From a virus (lineage: Duplodnaviria; Heunggongvirae; Uroviricota; Caudoviricetes), in the IMG/VR virus record IMGVR_UViG_2737471821_000012, positions 1 to 35,193 of that record: a stretch of DNA of 35,193 nt. One strand, 5' to 3'. Made by a program: the position numbers and the translations under genes. The notes under the pieces are model-generated. The model searched no databases. It was given only the letters and a program-made list of their open reading frames with translations, and was not told the origin of the DNA. Position 1 is the stretch's first letter; each line of letters begins with the position of its first letter. Shown piece by piece: positions 28,908-35,193 of this stretch.

Positions 28908-29876
28908 ATGAGTGAAGTAACAGATTTAGTTGTTATTGAAAAAGCAAATGCAATGACTGTATTTCAGTCTGCCGACCAGATTGAAGAAATCCTTCAAAAG
29001 GTTGAACATGAAGTTATGTCCTTTGTGCCTGATATCACAACGGCAAAGGGCAGAAAGGAGATCGCTTCTCTGGCGTATAAAGTTGCGCAGACGAAAACAT
29101 ATCTCGATGGTCTTGGCAAAGACCTTGTTGCTGAACTGAAGGAAATTCCAAAGCTAATTGATGCCAACCGCAAGACAGTGCGTGATCGCCTTGATGAGCT
29201 GAAAGCCAAGGCACGCCAGCCTCTTACTGATTATGAGGAAGAACAGGCACGGATTAAAGCCGAAGAAGAAGCTAAGGCAGCAGCTGAAGCTCTCGCAAAG
29301 CAAATTGAGTCTGACCATGAAATAGCGATTTTGATGGATCGCGAATTTGACCGCCAAAGAGAAGAGGCAAGACTCAAAGCGGAGCAGGAAAAGCGAGAGC
29401 ATGAAGAACGCTTAAAAAGAGAAGCTGAAGAGAAAGCCAGAGCAGAAGCCGAAGCAAAGGCAAAAGCCCAAATTGAAGCAGCAGCAAGGCGAGAAGCAGA
29501 AGCTAAGGCCGCAGCGGAACGTGCAGAGCGTGAACGCATTGAAGCCGAGCAACGAGCACAGCGCGAAGCAAAAGAGGCAGCAGAACAAGCTGAAAGAGAA
29601 AAGCAGGCGGCAATTGAAGCAGAACGCCGAAAAGCACAGGAGGAGGCTGAACGAATCCGGCGCGAGGCTGAAGCAAAAGAGCAAGCCAGAATAGCAGAAG
29701 AAAAAAGAATCAAGGACGAAGAAGAGCACAGAGCAAAGGATAAAGATCACCGGAAAGAAGTAAATAACAAAATACTTGCTGACCTTATCAAGGTTGGCGC
29801 ATCAGAAGATGTTGCTAAAAATATCATAACAGCCATCGTAAAAGGCGAAGTATTCGCAACAAAAATAACCTACTAA
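28908..29876 (+). CDS. Highly charged coiled-coil protein (Glu/Ala/Lys/Arg-rich repeats), unknown function
   Basis: 322 aa; ordinary N-terminal ~100 aa, then ~170 aa of low-complexity EAKA/REAE repeats, then a short C-terminal domain; the repeats create several spurious overlapping ORFs on both strands. Confidence 0.65.
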   Translation: MSEVTDLVVIEKANAMTVFQSADQIEEILQKVEHEVMSFVPDITTAKGRKEIASLAYKVAQTKTYLDGLGKDLVAELKEIPKLIDANRKTVRDRLDELKAKARQPLTDYEEEQARIKAEEEAKAAAEALAKQIESDHEIAILMDREFDRQREEARLKAEQEKREHEERLKREAEEKARAEAEAKAKAQIEAAARREAEAKAAAERAERERIEAEQRAQREAKEAAEQAEREKQAAIEAERRKAQEEAERIRREAEAKEQARIAEEKRIKDEEEHRAKDKDHRKEVNNKILADLIKVGASEDVAKNIITAIVKGEVFATKITY

Positions 29877-29900
29877 TAAAACCAACATAAGGAACCACCC

Positions 29901-30032
29901 ATGATTTACGCAATCGCGGGAGGCGCTCGCATGGGTGCCTTCCAACTAAATGAATCTTTACTTGAACGAATCACCCGTAAATTACGTGACGGATGGAAAA
30001 GAGTTGAGGTCTTATTATGCGCAATGAAATAG
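29901..30032 (+). CDS. cIII: CIII (protector of CII from FtsH)
   Basis: Hand-translated 43-aa ORF MIYAIAGGARMGAFQLNESLLERITRKLRDGWKRVEVLLCAMK; central ESLLERITRKLRDGWKR matches lambda CIII as recalled; AAGGAA upstream. Confidence 0.8.
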   Translation: MIYAIAGGARMGAFQLNESLLERITRKLRDGWKRVEVLLCAMK

Positions 30033-30169
30033 CCATCAATCACCAGATGCTTCGTGCTGCACAGAACAAAGCAGTAATAGCCAGATTTATTGGTGATTCA
30101 AAAATGTGGATTGAAGCAAATAAAGCGATGAAATCAGCTATCAACCTTCCGTGGTATCGCAGGAAATGA
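30017..30169 (+). CDS. Kil-like small protein
   Basis: Hand-translated 50-aa ORF overlapping the cIII 3' end; position after cIII and an FIGD-KM motif that I tentatively recall from lambda Kil. Confidence 0.4.
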   Translation: MRNEIAINHQMLRAAQNKAVIARFIGDSKMWIEANKAMKSAINLPWYRRK

Positions 30170-30244
30170 GTTTTACAGATAACTGTTCAGACGAAGAATT
30201 CATTCGTCAGATGAAAGATTTAATCGGTAACGAAGGAGATATTC

Positions 30245-30415
30245 ATGTCACTTGCAAGCACAGTGAAGGAGAGCAAGTTACAGAGACGCATGTACACGCA
30301 GAAAGCTCTCTGGTATCGCCATAATGGTGACCGCGAAGGAATGCGGGTATGCCTTAATTTGTCCCGAGTCGAAGTATTAAATCAGCGTTATTTCCTTGGG
30401 CCGTGTCCATTCTGA
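30245..30415 (+). CDS. Small hypothetical protein immediately upstream of the annealing-protein gene (Arf-like position)
   Basis: 56-aa hand-translated ORF with AAGGAG 8 nt upstream; an alternative overlapping 52-aa ORF (30166..30324) is coupled to the kil-like gene by ATGA, and only one of the two is likely real. Confidence 0.35.
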   Translation: MSLASTVKESKLQRRMYTQKALWYRHNGDREGMRVCLNLSRVEVLNQRYFLGPCPF

Positions 30416-30423
30416 GGTGAATT

Positions 30424-31131
30424 ATGGATTTGAATAAATTCGATGAGCCATTCAGCCCTGAAGATATCGAATGGCGAATACAGCAAAGCGGTAAAACACG
30501 CGATGGCAAAGTGTGGGCTATGGTGCTGGCTTATGTCACGAACCGGGCAATCATGAAACGCCTGGACGATGTTTGTGGCAAAGCAGGATGGCGCAATGAA
30601 TACCGCGATATTCCCAACAACGGCGGCGTTGAATGCGGCATATCAATAAAGATTGATTCCGAATGGGTAACCAAATGGGATGCTGCTGAAAACACGCAGG
30701 TAGAAGCCGTCAAAGGTGGTCGTTCAGGTGCAATGAAGCGCGCTGCCGTTCAGTGGGGAATCGGTCGGTATCTGTATAACCTTGAGGAAGGTTTCGCACA
30801 AACATCTCTCGACAAAAAGCAGGGATGGCACAGGGCAAAACTCAAGGATGGAACAGGATTTTACTGGCTCCCTCCATCGCTGCCAGGCTGGGCAATCCCA
30901 GCATCAGATAACAAACCATCACCAGAAAATACCAACCAGAAATCTCCATCGGTTGACTGCGAGCAAATCCTGAAAGACTTCAGCGATTATGCGTCAACAG
31001 AAACTGACAAGAAAAAACTCATCGAGCGTTATCAGCGTGACTGGCAATTAATGGCTGGCAACGAGGAAGCGCAGGCTAAATGCGTTCAGGTAATGAACAT
31101 CAGAGTTAACGAACTAAAACAGGCGGCATAA
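30424..31131 (+). CDS. Single-strand annealing recombinase (Rad52-like N-terminal domain, Erf-type C-terminus)
   Basis: 235 aa; C-terminal ~55 aa (...YASTETDKKKLIERYQRDWQLMAGNEEAQAKCVQVMNIRVNELKQAA) matches the P22 Erf C-terminus as recalled; the N-terminal domain differs and carries a GIGRYLY-type motif. Confidence 0.75.
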   Translation: MDLNKFDEPFSPEDIEWRIQQSGKTRDGKVWAMVLAYVTNRAIMKRLDDVCGKAGWRNEYRDIPNNGGVECGISIKIDSEWVTKWDAAENTQVEAVKGGRSGAMKRAAVQWGIGRYLYNLEEGFAQTSLDKKQGWHRAKLKDGTGFYWLPPSLPGWAIPASDNKPSPENTNQKSPSVDCEQILKDFSDYASTETDKKKLIERYQRDWQLMAGNEEAQAKCVQVMNIRVNELKQAA

Positions 31132-31638
31132 ATGGCAAGCAGAGGCGTAAATAAGGTGATTATCCTTGGTCGGGTAGGACAAGACCCGGAAGTTCGATAC
31201 TCACCATCAGGAACAGCGTTCGCTAACCTGACAATAGCCACGTCAGAGCAATGGCGAGATAAAAATACTGGCGAGCAAAAGGAATTGACTGAATGGCATC
31301 GTGTTGCTGTATCCGGGAAACTGGCTGAGGTCGTGGGGCAGTATGTGAAAAAAGGTGATCAGATTTATTTCGAGGGAATGCTGAGAACCAGAAAGTGGAA
31401 AGACCAGTCAGGACAAGACCGTTACACAACCGAGGTTCATGTCGGAATTAATGGCGTGATGCAAATGCTTGGCGGCATTGGCGACAGCAAACAACAAGCA
31501 GCCAGCAGGCAATCACAGAAGCCACAGCAGCAATCATCACCAGCACAACACAACGAACCACCTATGGATTTTGACGACGATATACCCTTTGCACCAGTAA
31601 CTCTCCCCTTCCCTCGTCACGCTATTCACGCAATTTAA
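31132..31638 (+). CDS. ssb: Single-stranded DNA-binding protein
   Basis: 168 aa; OB-fold N-terminus ([18 protein letters not shown]), Gln/Pro-rich linker, acidic tail ending DFDDDIPF. Confidence 0.9.
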   Translation: MASRGVNKVIILGRVGQDPEVRYSPSGTAFANLTIATSEQWRDKNTGEQKELTEWHRVAVSGKLAEVVGQYVKKGDQIYFEGMLRTRKWKDQSGQDRYTTEVHVGINGVMQMLGGIGDSKQQAASRQSQKPQQQSSPAQHNEPPMDFDDDIPFAPVTLPFPRHAIHAI

Positions 31639-31651
31639 TCAGGAGAAAATC

Positions 31652-31945
31652 ATGCCAGCGCCTCTGTATTGTGCGGATGACGCGCGCCGCTGTTCCGGCA
31701 ATTCCGTATCGGAGGTGCTGGATAAATTCAGAAAAAACTACGATCGAATAATGTCTCTACCGCAGGAAACGAAAGAGGAAAAGGAATTTCGCCACTGTAT
31801 ATGGCTTGCAGAGAAAGAAGAACGCGAGCGAATTTACCAGACATCAATCCGACCATTCCGCAAAGCCACATATACCCACTTCCCTGAAATTGACCCGCGC
31901 CTGCGTAATTACCGCTCACGCTATGGCGCTATCAGTAATGACTGA
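31652..31945 (+). CDS. Hypothetical protein
   Basis: 97-aa ORF in the early-left operon. Confidence 0.45.
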   Translation: MPAPLYCADDARRCSGNSVSEVLDKFRKNYDRIMSLPQETKEEKEFRHCIWLAEKEERERIYQTSIRPFRKATYTHFPEIDPRLRNYRSRYGAISND

Positions 31946-31956
31946 GGAATTTACCA

Positions 31957-32246
31957 TGAAAACAATGAAGCTAAACATCGACCTCGGAAAATACGTTATT
32001 ACCGGAACCAAACACGACCTGATTCTTAGTGAAAGAGGAATTATCAAAGAAGGCGAGAATGCAGGGAAAGAAACACTAAGCCGTATCGGTTATTACAGCA
32101 AGTTTGAGCATCTGGTTAAAGAATTATGCAACCGTGAAATCCTGTTATCTCAGGCGCAGACGCTACAGGATATTCAGCAACATATCGAGAATTTAGGTGT
32201 GTCACTTAGCATGGCTATTGACCAGTTCGTGGAGAGTAAATCATGA
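31957..32246 (+). CDS. Hypothetical protein
   Basis: ORF track 31806..32246; probable start at the ATG at 31957 ([12 protein letters not shown]...) with GAGGAA upstream; 96 aa. Confidence 0.45.
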
Positions 32247-32407
32247 GAGGACTTGCATACAATCCCGGCATTCTTCCAGCAGAAATGATTATTCGCCAAC
32301 GCGTAAAGCCAATGCCATCGAGAGAGGAATTGCTTAAGAGAAATTCTTTTCCATCAGTGAATCAAAACAAATATCTGAATGCGATGTTGCGGAGTGGGAA
32401 GAAATGA
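32243..32407 (+). CDS. Small hypothetical protein (54 aa)
   Basis: Hand-translated ORF ([54 protein letters not shown]) with ATGA overlaps to both neighbours. Confidence 0.35.
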   Translation: MRGLAYNPGILPAEMIIRQRVKPMPSREELLKRNSFPSVNQNKYLNAMLRSGKK

Positions 32408-32880
32408 AACAAATGTCACTAATTGAGATGGATGGATTCCTGAAAGGTAAATGCATCCCCCGAGATTTAAAGGTTAACGAAACAAACGCTGAATATCTGG
32501 TGCGTAAATTTGCTGAAGCGGAGGCCAAGTGCGCGGAGATGGCAGCGGAAAATGCGGGGCTGAAGTCTGGCGCTATGGACGAAATCAAGGTTATCAACCG
32601 TGGAGGGCAGGCATATTGCGTAAAAGATGGAGTGCAAGTTAATCCCATATATGCAAGAGGGTGGAATGATTATCGCGCAAAGTCTATGCAATCAGACACC
32701 CCAGCCACCGATGCTTTCCTGGCTGAAGTCAGGGCTAAGGCGTTTGATGACCTTTGCGCGGCGTTCGTTAAGCACGCGTCGGTGTCCGGGCTGGACGATG
32801 GCGACTGCGTTACGGTGAAAGAGGCGACTGACGCCCTGCTGCATTGTGCGGAACAGCTTCACAAGGGAGTGCATTCATGA
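32404..32880 (+). CDS. Hypothetical protein
   Basis: 158-aa ORF in the coupled chain. Confidence 0.5.
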   Translation: MKQMSLIEMDGFLKGKCIPRDLKVNETNAEYLVRKFAEAEAKCAEMAAENAGLKSGAMDEIKVINRGGQAYCVKDGVQVNPIYARGWNDYRAKSMQSDTPATDAFLAEVRAKAFDDLCAAFVKHASVSGLDDGDCVTVKEATDALLHCAEQLHKGVHS

Positions 32881-33110
32881 GCAACCTACTACCATGTCCA
32901 TTCTGTGGCGGTGCAGCGCACGTTGCCAGCGAAGCAGATCACCCTGAATATGGCTCTGGCGGTCGATTCTATTTCGTTCGATGCGGTACGTGTCGCGCTC
33001 AATCTGGTAGCAAATATGCAGCGCCTGGAAATGACTGCGCGATTTTTTATTCAGAGGTTAGAGCAGAGTGGAATCAACGAGCAAAGGAGGCGAACAGTGA
33101 GCAAGATTGA
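32877..33110 (+). CDS. Lar-family (restriction-alleviation-like) small zinc-ribbon protein
   Basis: ORF track 32844..33110; probable start at the ATG at 32877 (ATGA overlap, AAGGGAG upstream); [12 protein letters not shown]...C..C pattern typical of Lar-family proteins as I recall them. Confidence 0.5.
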   Translation: MSNLLPCPFCGGAAHVASEADHPEYGSGGRFYFVRCGTCRAQSGSKYAAPGNDCAIFYSEVRAEWNQRAKEANSEQD

Positions 33111-33672
33111 CTATCAGGCACTGCGTGAGGCGGCGCAGAACGCGAAAGATTTAGGTGGGATTAAGAATTACAAGCGAGGCGAGCAAGCTGTTGCCGAATT
33201 TGAGTCCCTGATAACGCCACACATTGTGCTGGCACTGCTGGATGAACGGGAAAGAAACCAGCAATACATCAAACGCCGCGACCAGGAGAACGAGGATATT
33301 GCGCTTACGGTAGGGAAGCTGCGTGTTGAGCTGGAAGCCGCAGAGAAGCGCAACGCAAAATTACAAAGCGAGAATACATACATCCGCAACCGGCACAAAG
33401 AACTGGACCTGTTAATCGGGAAAAACATTCTGGTCATGCAGGCTGCCATTATCGAATGGCAATCGACTGGCGACGCTAAAAGCGGACTGGCATGGATTTA
33501 TAACACACTGTTTGGCCCAGGCGAATTGCCGGACGAATCTGAGAAAGATGCTCAGGCCTACTTTAATCGCAAATATGCACCGATTGACGAAAAGCTTATG
33601 GCGCTTCACAAGTGGTTTTGGGAACAAAGTGAAGCCGAGCGCGCCGCTGGCATTCGCATCAAAGGAGAGTGA
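33097..33672 (+). CDS. Hypothetical protein (possibly Ea22-like)
   Basis: ORF track 32905..33672 overlaps the Lar-like gene; more plausible GTG start at 33097 preceded by AAGGAGG; coiled-coil-like middle region. Confidence 0.45.
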   Translation: MSKIDYQALREAAQNAKDLGGIKNYKRGEQAVAEFESLITPHIVLALLDERERNQQYIKRRDQENEDIALTVGKLRVELEAAEKRNAKLQSENTYIRNRHKELDLLIGKNILVMQAAIIEWQSTGDAKSGLAWIYNTLFGPGELPDESEKDAQAYFNRKYAPIDEKLMALHKWFWEQSEAERAAGIRIKGE

Positions 33673-33673
33673 G

Positions 33674-33865
33674 ATGAATGGACAAATATCAATTGTTCGA
33701 CCTGGAGCATGTGACGATTGCGAGATACGAATGATTATTCGTCTGGCGAGGGGGAAAACAATAACTGCTCTCATTACTCCAGAAAATCTCGCATTGGCAT
33801 TAACCGGAAAGTCAGACCTGCCAGTAGAGCTAAAGCTGCGAAATGTTGAGGTTAAGGTGAAATAG
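33674..33865 (+). CDS. Small hypothetical protein
   Basis: ORF track 33512..33865; probable start at the ATG at 33674 (MNGQISIVRPGACDDCEIRMI...) with AAAGGAGAG upstream; 63 aa. Confidence 0.4.
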   Translation: MNGQISIVRPGACDDCEIRMIIRLARGKTITALITPENLALALTGKSDLPVELKLRNVEVKVK

Positions 33866-33867
33866 CT

Positions 33868-34422
33868 ATGACCACTATTACCAAAGAACGTATCGAATTG
33901 TTCATTAAATCCCCGCTTGATAACGGACTTACTCGTGGCGAACAAATGGAACTGGCACGAATTGCACTGGCATCGCTGGAAGCAGAGCCTGTAAGCCAAA
34001 CTTACAACTTGCCAGAATTAATCGAAGGCATGGAAGTTTCCATTGATGTAAGCACTTGTGATGCTGATTTAGGTAATCGCTATTTCGGCACCGTCACCGA
34101 GGCGTTAGAACTTGATACTGCCAAGAATGGTTACATCCTCCTGGTTCAGGACGCAGAGCCAAACTTCGATGTAAATGGCAACTCTCCGGGAACTCCGGAT
34201 AGTTGGATAAGCTGTAGTGACCAAATGCCTGAAAAGGGCCAGAACGTGCTTATTTCGGTGAATTTCGATAGCTCTCTGGTTGAACCGCTAATATGCTCCG
34301 CACGCTATACCGGAAGCACCTTTCGGCGCGGAGATGCAACGATTAAGCCGGGTAATGGTATTGAGCAGGCAACTCACTGGATGCCGCTACCGGAACCGCC
34401 GCAGGAGGTTAACCGTGGCTAA
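33868..34422 (+). CDS. Hypothetical protein (C-terminal motif reminiscent of DUF551-type phage proteins)
   Basis: 184 aa; C-terminal ...WISCSDQMPEKGQNVLIS...HWMPLPEPP resembles the motif I associate with DUF551 proteins of enterobacterial prophage early regions. Confidence 0.45.
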   Translation: MTTITKERIELFIKSPLDNGLTRGEQMELARIALASLEAEPVSQTYNLPELIEGMEVSIDVSTCDADLGNRYFGTVTEALELDTAKNGYILLVQDAEPNFDVNGNSPGTPDSWISCSDQMPEKGQNVLISVNFDSSLVEPLICSARYTGSTFRRGDATIKPGNGIEQATHWMPLPEPPQEVNRG

Positions 34423-34522
34423 CCTGCAACTTGCCGTCAAAGGTGAATAACAATCCTCGCACTCGCGGGGATTTCTTTTATCTGAGCTCGCTACGGCGAG
34501 TTTTGTTTTATGGAGACAAGAA

Positions 34523-34867
34523 ATGTCAGATTTGGCTATGAAGGTTTTGAAATGGCAATCAACTGGCGATGTCGGCATCAGTAGCGCAACTCTTGCCTCA
34601 ATCGCATGTGGACTGAAAAAGAATATCTATGGTCATCACTTCGGCGCTCCACATGACGCAGCCGATTTCCGACGATGCGTTGCACTTGTTGAGCAGATCC
34701 CAGAAATCAGAGATTCATTCGACAAGGTTGCAAAGCGCGTTCCGGCATTCAAAGGCATCCTCAACGAATGGGATTCCCTCGTTGCTCTGTTGAAATCTGA
34801 AATGAAGATACACGGAAACAAAGCACCAGAGACTTACAGAAGAATTAGCGAGTTACGCAAGGACTAA
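34523..34867 (+). CDS. Hypothetical protein
   Basis: 114-aa ORF; preceded by a hairpin plus T-tract at about 34478-34500 (CTCGC-TACG-GCGAG TTTTGTTTT). Confidence 0.5.
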   Translation: MSDLAMKVLKWQSTGDVGISSATLASIACGLKKNIYGHHFGAPHDAADFRRCVALVEQIPEIRDSFDKVAKRVPAFKGILNEWDSLVALLKSEMKIHGNKAPETYRRISELRKD

Positions 34868-34923
34868 CCACAGCCTCACACTCGATGAGGCCTGTTCATT
34901 TCTCAAGATATCCAGACCTATCA

Positions 34924-34945
34924 TCGCCGCATCAATGCGGTTTTT
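34924..34945 (+). terminator. Rho-independent terminator-like hairpin upstream of the excisionase-like gene
   Basis: CCGCA-TCAA-TGCGG followed by TTTTTTTA. Confidence 0.5.
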
Positions 34946-34992
34946 TTATTGCCTGATTTGCAGGTTCGATTCCCTATTCGGAGATAGCACTC

Positions 34993-35193
34993 ATGCAACA
35001 CGAACTACAGCCTGATTCACTGGTTGATTTGAAATTCATCATGGCCGATACTGGCTTTGGTAAAACCTTCATCTACGACCGGATTAAGTCCGGCGACCTG
35101 CCTAAAGCCAAAGTTATCCACGGGCGAGCAAGATGGTTATATCGTGACCATTGTGAATTCAAAAATAAGCTCTTAAGCCGCGCCAATGGGTAA
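34993..35193 (+). CDS. xis: Excisionase / AlpA-family DNA-binding protein
   Basis: 66 aa; ...FIMADTGFGKTFIYDRIKSGDLPKAKVIHGRARWLYRDHCEF... typical of AlpA/Xis-type HTH proteins at the distal end of the early-left operon; integrase expected just beyond the window. Confidence 0.7.
   Translation: MQHELQPDSLVDLKFIMADTGFGKTFIYDRIKSGDLPKAKVIHGRARWLYRDHCEFKNKLLSRANG

Noticed and set aside
29154-29750. Three minus-strand ORFs and one plus-strand ORF inside the coiled-coil gene
   Set aside because: Products of the highly repetitive GC-rich coding repeats; translations are low-complexity Ser/Ala/Cys/Phe strings.
30166-30324. 52-aa ORF coupled to the kil-like gene by ATGA
   Set aside because: Overlaps out of frame with the 30245..30415 ORF, which has the better ribosome-binding site; only one is likely real and I cannot decide without conservation data.
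34955-34975. GGTTCGATTCC motif resembling a tRNA T-arm upstream of the excisionase gene
   Set aside because: Flanking bases cannot form a T-stem or acceptor stem, and the attachment site is expected beyond the integrase, outside the window.
1-35193. CRISPR arrays, rRNA genes, integrase and attachment sites
   Set aside because: No spacer-interrupted direct-repeat arrays or rRNA-like sequence seen; the window ends before the integrase and attachment sites.

Overview
This window is almost entirely one P22/Sf6-like lambdoid prophage, cut at both ends (inside the tailspike gene on the left, just past an excisionase-like gene on the right; integrase and attachment sites are outside). All calls rest on reading the six-frame translations and the DNA by eye and comparing with lambda, P22 and Sf6 proteins as I remember them; no searches were run. 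Layout: tailspike (partial, minus) | P22-type immI region (ant, arc on minus; mnt on plus) with a small membrane protein and a lipoprotein coupled downstream of mnt | one long minus-strand late operon (ejection proteins, tail needle, gp10/gp4-like, coat, scaffold, portal, TerL, TerS) | four small unknown ORFs | lambda-like lysis cassette (S, R, Rz/Rz1) | 596 bp ORF-free gap | Q | lambda-like nin genes | DnaB-type helicase | O-like initiator with ori iterons | cII | nutR | cro | OR | cI plus a co-oriented membrane protein | OL | nutL | N | plus-strand early-left operon (AT-rich unknowns, an IS3-family fragment, a long charged coiled-coil protein, cIII, kil-like, Rad52/Erf-type annealing protein, SSB, small coupled unknowns, excisionase-like). 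No rRNA, tRNA or CRISPR array was found. The best candidates for an undescribed function are the accessory cargo loci: the mnt-linked membrane protein plus lipoprotein pair in the P22 sieA position, the membrane protein fused to the cI transcription unit, and the AT-rich genes just downstream of N beside the IS remnant. The O-like initiator is split in frame exactly inside its own 11-bp iteron array, which would make the prophage replication-defective unless it is a sequence artefact.
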